From: Candidatus Latescibacterota bacterium
GTDB lineage: Bacteria > Latescibacterota > UBA2968 > UBA8231
DNA length: 64,000 nt
Direction of reading: 5' to 3'
Assembly (NCBI GenBank): GCA_965223905.1
Contig: CBDCXV010000010.1
Span: forward strand, 832,001-896,000
Within the stretch, counting starts at the first letter, position 1, and each line of letters starts with the position of its first letter. The translations under genes and the position numbers were made by a program. Positions 19,024-28,776 of the stretch are shown in pieces. The notes beneath the pieces are model-generated. The model saw nothing but the letters and a program-made list of their open reading frames with translations. It ran no database searches and was not told the origin of the DNA.

Positions 19024-19858
19024 GGGGACCTCCTCCCGGGCTGCCGACGACGGCTTCGGAGAAGTGTATGAAGGTGAAGCGATCCGGTATGTGCGAGTCG
19101 TAAATCTGGTGGCTGTTCCATGCCCAGCCCGGGCAGTTGCGCACGCCGCCCTCATCGATCCACTGGAAGCGGGAGAAATCCATGCGCCACACGTCCCCCT
19201 CCCGGGCGGGAAGCGAGCGGCCGTCAGCCAGGTGCTTCAGCCCCTGCCACGGGAAGGCGATCTCCGCGGTCCAGCCCCGGTCGACGTCGCTGTCGTCGTT
19301 GATGGTGCCGTCGACGTGCACCCCCCACTTCAGCCCCGGCATATCCCAGTCGCGGAAGATCCATCGCCGCCCGCGAGGGTGGGCGTGGCCGCTCCCCTCG
19401 CCACCCAGGGTATCGACCGTCGGGTTGGCGACCAGGTCGAACTCGGGCAGCTCGGCGTACCCGGCTTCGATGTAGCGGTCCTGCCAGATATACAAACGCT
19501 CCATGATCGTTCCGAGGGCATTGAGCTCGAACTCGAAGTAGGCGTCTTCGCCGGCGATGAAGACCTCGACGTCGTTCTCCAGGCAGATCATCGAGTCGCG
19601 CTCGGTAAAGGTTGCGCGCACGTCCGGTTCTTCGAGCCAGAAGCCGACGTAGAGGTAGTCGTCGTCCCACAGAACCGCGGCCCGGGTGTCGTAGAGCGCC
19701 GGCCGCCCCGGCTCTTCCAGATCCTCGAAGCGCGGGGACCGCGGCGCCAGGTGCCAGGACGCTTCGTCGAGACGGCCGTCAACTGCAATCGGACCTGCCG
19801 CCCGCTGACTGGTGTAGTGTTTCAGCCCCTCCTCGGAATATCCATACTTGCTCGCCAA
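19016..19858 (-). CDS. CBM9-like domain protein
   Basis: AAGGAGG RBS then TTG; VDGRLDEASW, WDDDYLYV, ENDVEVFI, FEFELNALG, GWTAEIAFPW. Confidence 0.85.
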   Translation of the reverse strand: MASKYGYSEEGLKHYTSQRAAGPIAVDGRLDEASWHLAPRSPRFEDLEEPGRPALYDTRAAVLWDDDYLYVGFWLEEPDVRATFTERDSMICLENDVEVFIAGEDAYFEFELNALGTIMERLYIWQDRYIEAGYAELPEFDLVANPTVDTLGGEGSGHAHPRGRRWIFRDWDMPGLKWGVHVDGTINDDSDVDRGWTAEIAFPWQGLKHLADGRSLPAREGDVWRMDFSRFQWIDEGGVRNCPGWAWNSHQIYDSHIPDRFTFIHFSEAVVGSPGGGPHE

Positions 19859-20245
19859 CTCATCCTCCTTTGGTAATTGGTGCCGCACCTTTTTCCCGGT
19901 TTGACCGCGGTCGGGACCGCTCCTTTGGTGCCCAGGTGGCGCTTGAAGTGACCTGGCAAATATAAAAAAGCTTCCTGGAGGCCCGGACCAGTTTACACCG
20001 CATCTGTCGCGGCCAATTTCTTTGAGAAAATCCATTCTTGATCTTCGAGCTCACGGCATGCCCGTTGGCCATCGTCACGGCGCCGGTTAAATTGACCGCG
20101 GCCAGGCTGACCAGGGGTTACCCCATCGGAGAAAGCACAAAGGCGCTCTTCAGCGGGGGTTCGGCCGGTAATCAGCTACCGCAACACCGTCCCGAAATCA
20201 AACCTTCTCCGGATCTTCACCAGCGCAATCAGGACCAACATCGCC

Positions 20246-21229
20246 ATGTTCATCCAGGAACAGCTCGGGCACGGGAGCCTGAACGACGACAATCTCGCCT
20301 TCTTCAAGGCGATCGGCGTCGACTACCTGACGATCAACCCGCTCCACTTCGCCGCCGACGACAAGGGGGAGCTGTCGACGTTCGACGAGATGGCCGGCTT
20401 CCTCAAGTCGGCGCGCGACCTGGCGGAGAAACACGGCCTGAAGCTGATGAACGTCGCCCTCGAGGGGCCCGACGACATCACCCTCGCCCGCCCCGGCCGC
20501 GACGCGAAGATCGAGCAGTGGAAGGACGCCCTGCGGGCGATGGCCGCGGCCGGCGTCCGCACCCTGGGCTACAACTTCAAGCCTATCGGCAACTTCCGCA
20601 CCGCCTCGGCCATCGGCCGCGGCGGCGCCCACTACAGCACCTTCGACTACGACGAGTGGCAGCGGACCGAGCCGGAATGGGAACCGCGGTCTCGCGGCAA
20701 GCAGATCGACGAAGCGGGCATGTGGGAGAACATCGCCTGGTTCCTCGAGCGCATTCTTCCGGTCGCCGAGGAGTGCGGGGTGCGCATGGCCCTGCACCCG
20801 GACGACCCTCCGATTCCCGCCCCGATGGGGGGCGCCGCGCGCATCGTCTCCACCCTGGAGCAGTACGAGCGCATCTTCGCGCTGGCGCCGAGCGACAGCA
20901 ACGCCATGCTCTTCTGCCAGGGCTGCGTCACCGAGATGGGGGTCGACGTGCTCGCTTCCATCCGCCGCATCGGCGCCCTCGGCAAGATCGCCTACGTCCA
21001 TTTCCGCAACGTGCGCGGCTCGCGCCGCCACTTCGAAGAGGTCTTCATCGACGAGGGGGACGTCGACATGTACCGCGCCATGCAGACCTACAGGGAATCC
21101 GGTTTCCAAGGCCCCTTCATGATGGACCACACCCCCTCCATCCCCGGCGACCGCGGGGGCCGAGAGGGCCACGCCCTGGCCACCGGCTTCATGCGCGCCA
21201 TGATCCAGGCGGTGTACGGCCGCGGCTGA
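20246..21229 (+). CDS. Mannonate dehydratase-like (UxuA family)
   Basis: MALHPDDPP, FCQGC, HFRNVRG, DEGDVD, DHTP. Confidence 0.9.
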   Translation: MFIQEQLGHGSLNDDNLAFFKAIGVDYLTINPLHFAADDKGELSTFDEMAGFLKSARDLAEKHGLKLMNVALEGPDDITLARPGRDAKIEQWKDALRAMAAAGVRTLGYNFKPIGNFRTASAIGRGGAHYSTFDYDEWQRTEPEWEPRSRGKQIDEAGMWENIAWFLERILPVAEECGVRMALHPDDPPIPAPMGGAARIVSTLEQYERIFALAPSDSNAMLFCQGCVTEMGVDVLASIRRIGALGKIAYVHFRNVRGSRRHFEEVFIDEGDVDMYRAMQTYRESGFQGPFMMDHTPSIPGDRGGREGHALATGFMRAMIQAVYGRG

Positions 21230-21272
21230 AGGCCGCCGCCTGCCCGCCTCCATCCCGACCGGAGGACCCGTC

Positions 21273-21719
21273 ATGCCGCTGATCCTCTTGCTGCCGCTGC
21301 TGGCCCTGGCCGGCGGCTGCGCCGACCCCTGCGCCACCCCGGAGAACGAGAAGGTCCTCGCCGCCGCGGCTGCCGAGAAAGGGGCGGTGCGCGCCGAGTC
21401 CGGGCTCGTGTTCAGGCAGCTCAAGGCCGGCCTCGGCCCCAAGCCGCAACCGCGCCATCGCGTCAAGGTTTTCTACGAAGGGCGCCTGCCGGACGGCACC
21501 GTGTTCGACAGCTCCCAAAAGCAGGGCCGCGCCGCGGAGTTCAAGCTGTCCGGGGTGATCCCCGGGTGGGTGGAGGGCCTGCAGATGCTCAGCGGGGGCG
21601 GCAAGGCCAAGCTCACCATCCCCCCGGACCTCGCCTACGGGAAGAAGGGCAAGCCGGGCAAGATCCCTCCCTGCTCGGTGCTGATCTTCGAGATCGAGCT
21701 GCTCGGCATCTCGGACTGA
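21273..21719 (+). CDS. FKBP-type peptidyl-prolyl isomerase, lipoprotein
   Basis: YEGRLPDGTVFDSS, VIPGWVEGL, IPPDLAYG, LIFEIELL; AGGC lipobox. Confidence 0.93.
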   Translation: MPLILLLPLLALAGGCADPCATPENEKVLAAAAAEKGAVRAESGLVFRQLKAGLGPKPQPRHRVKVFYEGRLPDGTVFDSSQKQGRAAEFKLSGVIPGWVEGLQMLSGGGKAKLTIPPDLAYGKKGKPGKIPPCSVLIFEIELLGISD

Positions 21720-21771
21720 AAGGACCCTGCCCTGCCCTCGCCTCGCCAGCGGTTCGGGGCGGCGAGCCCGG

Positions 21772-22878
21772 CTATCCCTGCAGGCGGCGCACTCGCGCCG
21801 GGGTTTGGTCCTGTCCGATTTCCGCGGAAAGGATCCCGAGCGAGCGGTCGGCGAGGGGCAGGTCGACGCGGGTGAAGCCGCGGCGGTGGGACTCGCGCAG
21901 GGCCACGGCGATCTCCAGGGCGTGACGGGCGTCGGCGCCGGAACAGCGCGGCTTGCCGCCGCTCTCGGCCGCGGTGAGGATGTCGTCGACGATGGTCAGC
22001 CCCATCCCCTGAATGTGGGTGGGGTAGGGGAACGGCAGCCGCGCCGGCTGCGGGCGGCCCCGCGGACCTCCCGGCACCGACTTCCACAGCTCGAACTGCA
22101 GGGCATGTTCCAGGATGCGCACCCGCCCCTCGGTTCCCAGCACGTCGAACTCCCAGGCAGTCGCCTCCCCGGTAGGCATCGCCCGCAGGAACCCGCGGGC
22201 GCCGTTGTCGAAGGCGAAGTAGCCGTTCCCCTGGGGATCTTCCTCCCCCGCGGCCGCGGCGTCTGATTCGAGCTCGCCGAACAGCCAGCTGACGTTGCCG
22301 TCGAGGGCGAGGTAGCGCATCGCGTCGATGGCGTGGCTGCCGTTGTGCGACAGCCCGCACTGGGCATAGGCCGTCACCTGCAGCAGCTCGCCGATCTCGC
22401 CGGCGGCGATCAGCTCGCGGGCGCTGGTGTAGTGGGGGTTCCAGCGCCGCGCGCAGTTCACGGCGAGGGCGACCCCCTTGCCGGCGCAGACCTCGACCAT
22501 GCGGTCCGCCTCCTCCAGGGTCAGGGCGATCGGTTTCTCCGCCCAGATTGCACGGGCCCCCGAGGCGGCCACCTCCTCGACTATCTGCGACCGCACGCGC
22601 GCCGTGGTGCAGACGCTGACGATCTCCGGCTGCTCCTTTGCGAGCAGATCCCGGTAGTCGGCGTACACGTGCCCCTGCATGCCCCAGCGTTCCGCGTAGA
22701 TCGAGCGCTGCCCGTCGTGGGGGTCGGCGGCGCCCACCAGCTCGGTACGCGGTGAGGCGACAAAGGCCGGGGTGTGGCAGTACGGCAGATAGATCGAACC
22801 GCCGCGCGTCATCTCGTCGTCGAAGGTGCTGCCCATGCGTCCGAGGCCGATCACGGCCGCCCGGTACTGTCTGCTCAT
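21772..22878 (-). CDS. Gfo/Idh/MocA family oxidoreductase
   Basis: VIGLGRMG, AEKPIA, HNGSHAID. Confidence 0.9.
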   Translation of the reverse strand: MSRQYRAAVIGLGRMGSTFDDEMTRGGSIYLPYCHTPAFVASPRTELVGAADPHDGQRSIYAERWGMQGHVYADYRDLLAKEQPEIVSVCTTARVRSQIVEEVAASGARAIWAEKPIALTLEEADRMVEVCAGKGVALAVNCARRWNPHYTSARELIAAGEIGELLQVTAYAQCGLSHNGSHAIDAMRYLALDGNVSWLFGELESDAAAAGEEDPQGNGYFAFDNGARGFLRAMPTGEATAWEFDVLGTEGRVRILEHALQFELWKSVPGGPRGRPQPARLPFPYPTHIQGMGLTIVDDILTAAESGGKPRCSGADARHALEIAVALRESHRRGFTRVDLPLADRSLGILSAEIGQDQTPARVRRLQG

Positions 22879-22912
22879 CTCTCGCCTGCCTGTCTGCTAT
22901 ATACCAGGTGGG

Positions 22913-23960
22913 TTAATTTGTGGCCCTTTCCAACACCTTTTCCGCAGCTTTCAAATTCTCAACTGTCTTTTCGATGTGGAACCTGCCGTCGCCATGAAAT
23001 GCCAACCAATCTCCTTTCCATTGGGCGACAGTCATAAAAGATCCCGCTCTCATGACATTAGGTCTTTGCACGGATTCTCCTCCTGTTTCACAAATCTTCT
23101 GATGCCACTTCCATTTCAAGTCATTTCGTTCATCAGATTTTCCAGCGTACACTTTAAAACAAAGAAATTGCTTCTCCTTATTTCCCGGATGAATTTCCAA
23201 TTGCAAGTTACAATTTGCCAGCCAATGCCAGTAGAAACCAAGAAACCCCCCGGCTGGATTGGGCACATACCCCCAATCACCATGGCCTAATTTTTCCTCA
23301 AGGCATTGAAAAAAACCTTCCCAAGAAGCCCATGACCAACATCCTATTTTTTCTTTTTGCCAATTTTTGAAACTATTGGTGTCGTCTTCTTTCTGACCTA
23401 GGTAATCTCTGAAATCTGTGAGAATGGGATTGCTTCCTCGGTATTTATTCAATACAGACGATAAGAATTCATGCCGATGGAAGACCTTATAACACGACTT
23501 GGTTTCAATCTCAGTGTCCTTGCATTTTGACTGATTGCCCGTCTTGAGATAGAGCGCATAAAGGTTGCGGTCGTCGACTTTGGAGAGGGATGTCAGTCCC
23601 TCCTTTACTGCATCATACGTATCGCTGTAACTGTCCACTGTGATCCTTGGTTCCCGTCTTATCCTCAACGAGAAGTATATATTCTTTCTTTTCGCTATTG
23701 ATTCTCGCCAGCACATCAATGCTATGGTCTTGCTGATATATTTCAGTCTTGTTGATCTCTTCGTTTGGACCCAGATTAACATCATGCTTTCTCAGCAATG
23801 CTTGCACGAACAGGCGGCCACAATCCCGTAACGCTCTCTCTTCCTCATCTTGAACATTCTCTTGTCCCGACCAATCAATCAGCCAGCATATCATGGCATC
23901 TTGCGATAGCTCTTTGGTTGCATAGCTAAATATGTTTGGGCGGCAACACGACTCTTCCAT
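22913..23960 (-). pseudogene. PD-(D/E)XK nuclease family protein, frameshifted near 23620
   Basis: NIFSYATKELSQDA, IDVLA...VEDKT...QLQRY continues as YDAV...LYLKTGN after a one-base shift; AT-rich relative to flanks. Confidence 0.75.
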
Positions 23961-24226
23961 TTAAAACTCCTATTCTCTTCGAAGTTTTTCCTCTCATTCG
24001 TTTCAATTCCCGAAACCTCCGCAGGAAGGTATGCGCTGCCATCTCAGGATGCAACCAAAATCCAAGGAATCACTTCGTCCCGTCCGTTTCAGGAATTTCC
24101 CGTAAATAACCGCGAATAGACCGAAACTAGCAAAATCTCCCCATCACCATGCTGCAAGGACAGCTTCAAACACACTTCCATTTCATCCCATTTCGGGCTA
24201 TTTTCCCCGCTCAGGGAGCAACGAAT

Positions 24227-25144
24227 ATGACGACCGCTACCGCCACCGACAAACGCCGGCAACTGCTGCGAGACGGGTTCTGCCTGTTCGAGGGAATCCT
24301 CGACTTCGTCCTGCTCGAGCAGACCCGGAAGATCTCCGACGCCCTTCTCGACCGGCAGCCGCCGGAGCATTTCGCGCAGCAGAAATCGACCGGCAGCATG
24401 ATCTCCGTCTTCGACGACCCGGCCTTCGCCGAGCTGGTGCGCTGCCCCGCCGCCATCGCCGCCCTCGGCAGCCTCGGCTTCCCGCACCCGAAGTGGTGGT
24501 CGGGGTTCGTCATCAGCAAGCCGCCGCAGAGCCCGCCGCTGTTCTGGCACCAGGACTGGTGGGGCTGGAACCACCCGGTCAGCTACGGCGACCCGGTGCC
24601 GCAGAAGGTCTTCCTGATGTACTACACCGTCGACACCCGGCGGGACAACGGCTGCCTGCGCGTCATCCCCGGATCGCACCTCATCCGCCACCGCCTGCAC
24701 GACGCGGTTCCCGACGCCCACACGAACGCGCTGCGCGAAATCGAGAATCCCCGCAGCCCGGTGTATCAGACCGTGGAGGAAGCCGTCGATGTACCGGTTC
24801 GGGCCGGCGACCTCGTCATCGGGGACTCGCGGCTGCTGCACTCGGCGCACGCCAACGATTCCGGGGAACGCCGCACCGTCATCACCCTGTGGTACTTCCC
24901 CGCCTTCGAGCAGCTTCCCGAGTCCATCCGGGCCCACATCGTCACGGAGAGGAAGATCGATGCATGGCCGGCCGCGGCGCGCGCCCGCATCGCCCACCTC
25001 CTGCCGGAGTACGGCGGCGGCACGGAACCGATTGAGTGGAACCGCATCCCCGGACCCGGCCTGAGAGACAGCCGCCCCAGCCATCCCGAACTCGAACAGG
25101 AAATCGGCAACAGAGGCAACAGAGAGGAGAATCCGGTTACGTGA
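24227..25144 (+). CDS. Phytanoyl-CoA dioxygenase (PhyH) family Fe/2OG enzyme
   Basis: WHQDW, NGCLRVIPGSH, LLHSAHAN...RR. Confidence 0.9.
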   Translation: MTTATATDKRRQLLRDGFCLFEGILDFVLLEQTRKISDALLDRQPPEHFAQQKSTGSMISVFDDPAFAELVRCPAAIAALGSLGFPHPKWWSGFVISKPPQSPPLFWHQDWWGWNHPVSYGDPVPQKVFLMYYTVDTRRDNGCLRVIPGSHLIRHRLHDAVPDAHTNALREIENPRSPVYQTVEEAVDVPVRAGDLVIGDSRLLHSAHANDSGERRTVITLWYFPAFEQLPESIRAHIVTERKIDAWPAAARARIAHLLPEYGGGTEPIEWNRIPGPGLRDSRPSHPELEQEIGNRGNREENPVT

Positions 25145-25722
25145 AAACAGTGATCCTTGTCGGCGACTCGATTCGCATGGGGTACGAACCTGTGGCCGTC
25201 CGCGAGCTGGCGGGATGGGCGGAGGTGATCGAAATGGGGGGTATCCAGGGCGGCAACACCCGCAACATTCTCGCCCACCTGGACGAGTGGGTCGTCTCGC
25301 GCGACCCGGACATCGTCCACCTCAACGCCGGCCTCCACGACATGGCCCGGGACCCGGGACCGGGGCCCGAGAACCGCGTGCCCCTCGACGAGTACCGCGC
25401 CAACCTGGAGCGGATCCTGCAGACCCTGCAGCGGGATACCGGGGCCGCCCTCGTCTTCGCGCTCACCACCCCCGTCGATCTCGGGCGCCAGCTCGCGATC
25501 GCCAGGGGGGTCAACAGAACCTCGGAGGACGTCGCCGCCTACAACGCCGCGGCCCGGGAGGTCGCCGCCGGGCTCGGGGTCGCCGTCAACGACCTGCACG
25601 CCGCGGTGGTCGAGGGCGGCTCCGGCGAGCTGCTGGCCGAGGACGGCGTCCATTTCACCGCCGCCGGGGACGAGGTTCTCGGACGCGCCGTTGCCGCCGC
25701 GGTCCGGGCGGCCGCGACCTGA
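25141..25722 (+). CDS. SGNH/GDSL hydrolase
   Basis: LVGDSIRMGY, NAGLHD, DGVHF; GTG overlaps the upstream stop. Confidence 0.9.
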   Translation: MKTVILVGDSIRMGYEPVAVRELAGWAEVIEMGGIQGGNTRNILAHLDEWVVSRDPDIVHLNAGLHDMARDPGPGPENRVPLDEYRANLERILQTLQRDTGAALVFALTTPVDLGRQLAIARGVNRTSEDVAAYNAAAREVAAGLGVAVNDLHAAVVEGGSGELLAEDGVHFTAAGDEVLGRAVAAAVRAAAT

Positions 25723-25950
25723 CCTGCCGAGAAAACCATGAACCCCCGCCGCCGGCCCCGACACCCGGCGCCTCTCTTACTTGCCCCGCGGTCCCGGTGG
25801 CCGCGACCTGACCTGCCGAGAAAACCATGAACCCCCGCGCCTGCGCCGGCATCCGGCGCCGCCCTTCCTTACCGCGGCCCCGGCGGCCGCGGATTTACCT
25901 CGGAGAAACCACATGAACCCTCGCGTCCGCGCCGGTATCCGGCGCCTGCC
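25698..25950 (+). repeat. Three imperfect ~87-bp tandem units spanning a gene junction
   Basis: GGCCGCGACCTGACCTGCCGAGAAAACCATGAACCCCCGC occurs twice, then a degenerate third copy (GGAGAAACCACATGAACCCTCGC) carries the real start. Confidence 0.85.
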
Positions 25951-26818
25951 CCTGCTTGTCGCGGCAGCCCTGTTCGCCACGCAGGCCGCCGCCCACTTCC
26001 CCGAAGACACCGTGCACCAGCTGTTCCAGTTTCCCCGGGACCGGGTGCCGGTGATGGACGGGGACTTGAGCGACTGGGACATGCTGCCGGCCGAGTACAT
26101 CTTCGACCTCGAGAAATACACCCAGCACAAGGAGCAGACCAGCCTCGAGCACAACCCGGCCGATCTCAACATCGTGCGCGCCGCCGCGGCCTGGAACGAC
26201 GAGTTCAACCGCCTCTACTTCATGGCCGAGGTCTACGACGACGTGGTCCGCTTTCACAAGGAGAACCCCGACTCGCTCGACCTCCCGTTGTCGCGGCTGA
26301 CCGGTTCCAACGTCCACGGGGCCGACATCTTCGAGATCGTCATCGACGCCGACCACGGGGCGGAGCGCGTCGTCGGCTTCTCGGAAAACGACGAGCGGGA
26401 GCTGCGCTACCGCAGCGCCTTCACGCAGAACTACCACCTCTACATGCCTCCGCTGAACGGCTACTACTGGCACTGGTACTGGGGCAAGCCGCTGTGGACG
26501 AAGGAGGAGGCCTGGTCCGCGGTCGGCTGGAGCTTTCCCGGGGAGCACGAATCCGCCGGCACCGTCACCTACGAGTGCTACCTCACCCCGTTCGACGACC
26601 TGCACCCGGACGGGCCGGAGCAGAGCGTTCTCCACGACCTGCAGGAGGACGCCGTCATCGGCCTGGCCTGGTCCTTCATCGACGCCGACACCAGCAACAC
26701 CACCTCCGACGCCTTCTGGAGCATGACCGGCGACGTCCAGATGTACTGCATGGGTGAATTCTTATCCGACTTCCGGCTCATGCCGGTTGACACCTCGCTG
26801 TTCCCGGAAAAGCGATGA
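25913..26818 (+). CDS. Secreted CBM9/DOMON-like protein, same family as 7139..8053
   Basis: Signal peptide; PVMDGDLSDW, WNDEFNRLYF, IDADH, YECYLTPFD. Confidence 0.8.
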   Translation: MNPRVRAGIRRLPLLVAAALFATQAAAHFPEDTVHQLFQFPRDRVPVMDGDLSDWDMLPAEYIFDLEKYTQHKEQTSLEHNPADLNIVRAAAAWNDEFNRLYFMAEVYDDVVRFHKENPDSLDLPLSRLTGSNVHGADIFEIVIDADHGAERVVGFSENDERELRYRSAFTQNYHLYMPPLNGYYWHWYWGKPLWTKEEAWSAVGWSFPGEHESAGTVTYECYLTPFDDLHPDGPEQSVLHDLQEDAVIGLAWSFIDADTSNTTSDAFWSMTGDVQMYCMGEFLSDFRLMPVDTSLFPEKR

Positions 26819-27888
26819 ACTCGATCTCGGAGCGCACCCGCCGCTTTCACCGCGACCACCCGATCGCCGACCTGCTCGCCCTCAACCTCGGCCATCCGCG
26901 CTTCACCGTCTCCGACATCGACCTCGGCAAGAGGGACGAGACCTCCCGCCGCGGCGACTTCCCCAAGTTCAGGGACTGGGGCCTGAAAGTGGTGATGTGC
27001 AAGGGAGGGGCCGCAGTGCCCGAGATGAACTTCGACGCCGCCTGGCCCCAGGATCCCACCTACCGCCCGGGCCGCCCGGACAGCGAGCCGATGTACCTCA
27101 GCATGGCCATCAACAGCCCGACCCTGCTCTGCCTGACGGTGCTCGACCGCTTCCTCTGCAACGTCGAGGAGAACCCGGACAAGGTGATCCTCGTGCGCAC
27201 CGTCGCCGACCTTGACCGCGCCCTGGCCGACCGCGAGCGCATCGCCGTGCTCATGGGGGCCAACCGCAGCGACTGGTTCGGCGACAGCCCGGGGGCGCTG
27301 CGCCAGTTCGCCCGCCTCGGGCTGCGCATGATCACCATCGGTCAGGCGACCCGCGAGCTGGGCTGGGACGTCTCGGACGAGATGCGGTCCGGGGGGCGCA
27401 TGACTTCCCTCGGGGTGCGCATGATCGAGGAGATGAACCGCTGCGGCATCCTCATCGACCTGGCGCACAGCAACGACCCCTGCGCCCTCGACGCCATCGA
27501 GGTGTCGGAGAAACCGGTCATCGACACCCACTCCGGCCCGCGCGCCCTCGAAGAGGACCCGAGCCCGCGCAGCACTCCCGACGAAGTCATGAAGGCCCTG
27601 GCGGAGAACGGGGGCATGCTCGGCATCACCCCGCCCATCGGGCGGCCGGACGGCGACGCCCCGTACGAGTCGGTCGACGACGAAGAGATGGAGGCGACCC
27701 TGAAGCAGATCCGCTACGCCGTCGACCTGATGGGGACCGACGGCGTCGGCATCGGCACGCACTTCAACTCGGCGGTCATTCCCTGGGTCACCGAGGCGCT
27801 GCTCGAGGACGGCTTTTCCGAGGAGGACACGGCGAAGATCATGGGCGGCAACTACCTCCGCGTGCTGCGCGAGGTGCTGCAGGATTGA
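26815..27888 (+). CDS. Membrane dipeptidase (M19)-like protein, divergent
   Basis: EEMNRCGILIDLAH, DTHS, NGGMLG, VGIGT, KIMGGNYLRV. Confidence 0.85.
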   Translation: MNSISERTRRFHRDHPIADLLALNLGHPRFTVSDIDLGKRDETSRRGDFPKFRDWGLKVVMCKGGAAVPEMNFDAAWPQDPTYRPGRPDSEPMYLSMAINSPTLLCLTVLDRFLCNVEENPDKVILVRTVADLDRALADRERIAVLMGANRSDWFGDSPGALRQFARLGLRMITIGQATRELGWDVSDEMRSGGRMTSLGVRMIEEMNRCGILIDLAHSNDPCALDAIEVSEKPVIDTHSGPRALEEDPSPRSTPDEVMKALAENGGMLGITPPIGRPDGDAPYESVDDEEMEATLKQIRYAVDLMGTDGVGIGTHFNSAVIPWVTEALLEDGFSEEDTAKIMGGNYLRVLREVLQD

Positions 27889-28038
27889 CTGGAGAACCGG
27901 GGGCCGCGGCGGTGGCAAGGGCCGAGTGGGCAACCTGGAGCCGTGCCCGCGATATAGCCGCGGCTTCGACACCGCCTCTTGTTGCTGCCGGTTCGTGACC
28001 GGTCCCGGGCGAAACAAGCGAAAAGACTGGTGGATCAA

Positions 28039-28771
28039 GTGAAGAAAGACTGGCGCGCCGAAGAATTCCGGTGCCTGGTCGCCCTCGGGGAGAGCACCAC
28101 CGCGGGCGGCTGGAGCACCTCCCCCGAGCGCTGCTGGGTAGCCGTTCTCGGCGCGCTCATCAACGACTTTCAGGAGACGCCGGTGCGGGTTGTCAACTCC
28201 GGGATCGGCGCCAACGTCATCTCCACCCGCAGCCCGTCCTATGACGAGAGCGGCAAGCCGGCCGCCTCCGAGCGCCTCGAGAAGCACGTCCTCGTTCACG
28301 ACCCCGACCTGCTGATCATCTCCTACGGCCTCAACGACGCGCGCGGCGGCACGCCCCTGCCGCAGTTCCGGCGAGGACCTCATCCTGCTGGTGCGGCGCG
28401 TGCGCGAGCACGGAGACCCGGCCATCCTGCTGCCGGGTCCCTACTTCATGACCGACTTCACGGTCGGGGGCGAAGCCTGGAGCCATGCGGACCTGCCCCT
28501 GTTCAAGAGCTTCAACGCCGCCACCGCCGAGGTCGCAGCGGAGCTCGGCTGTCTTTACGCCGACCTGCTGGAGGCCAGCGGCGAAGCGGCCTGGACGGTC
28601 CATTACGACGGGGTGCACCAGAACGACCTCGGGCACCGGCTCGTCGCCAACCGCATCTTCGAGGTCCTGGCCCGGAACTGCTCCTGCCTGGCGAGAAAAA
28701 CAAAGCAGGCAGAGCTGAGCAGCCCGAGGTGGCGGGACGAGTCGACCCTTAAATCGGACTACGGACACTGA
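28039..28771 (+). pseudogene. SGNH/GDSL hydrolase, frameshifted near 28370
   Basis: LGESTT, NSGIG, YGLND in one frame and DGVHQN in the next; removing one base restores QFREDLILL. Confidence 0.8.
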
Positions 28772-28776
28772 GGGCC

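Noticed and set aside
25698-25950. Possible mini CRISPR array
   Set aside because: Only two good copies, the intervening segments resemble each other, the unit contains a gene stop/start, and no cas genes are present
26578-28425. Long antisense or alternate-frame ORFs (e.g. 26578..28425, 28759..30363, 57835..59367, 5838..7124)
   Set aside because: Shadow ORFs of high-GC genes, with no family motifs and overlapping well-supported CDSs
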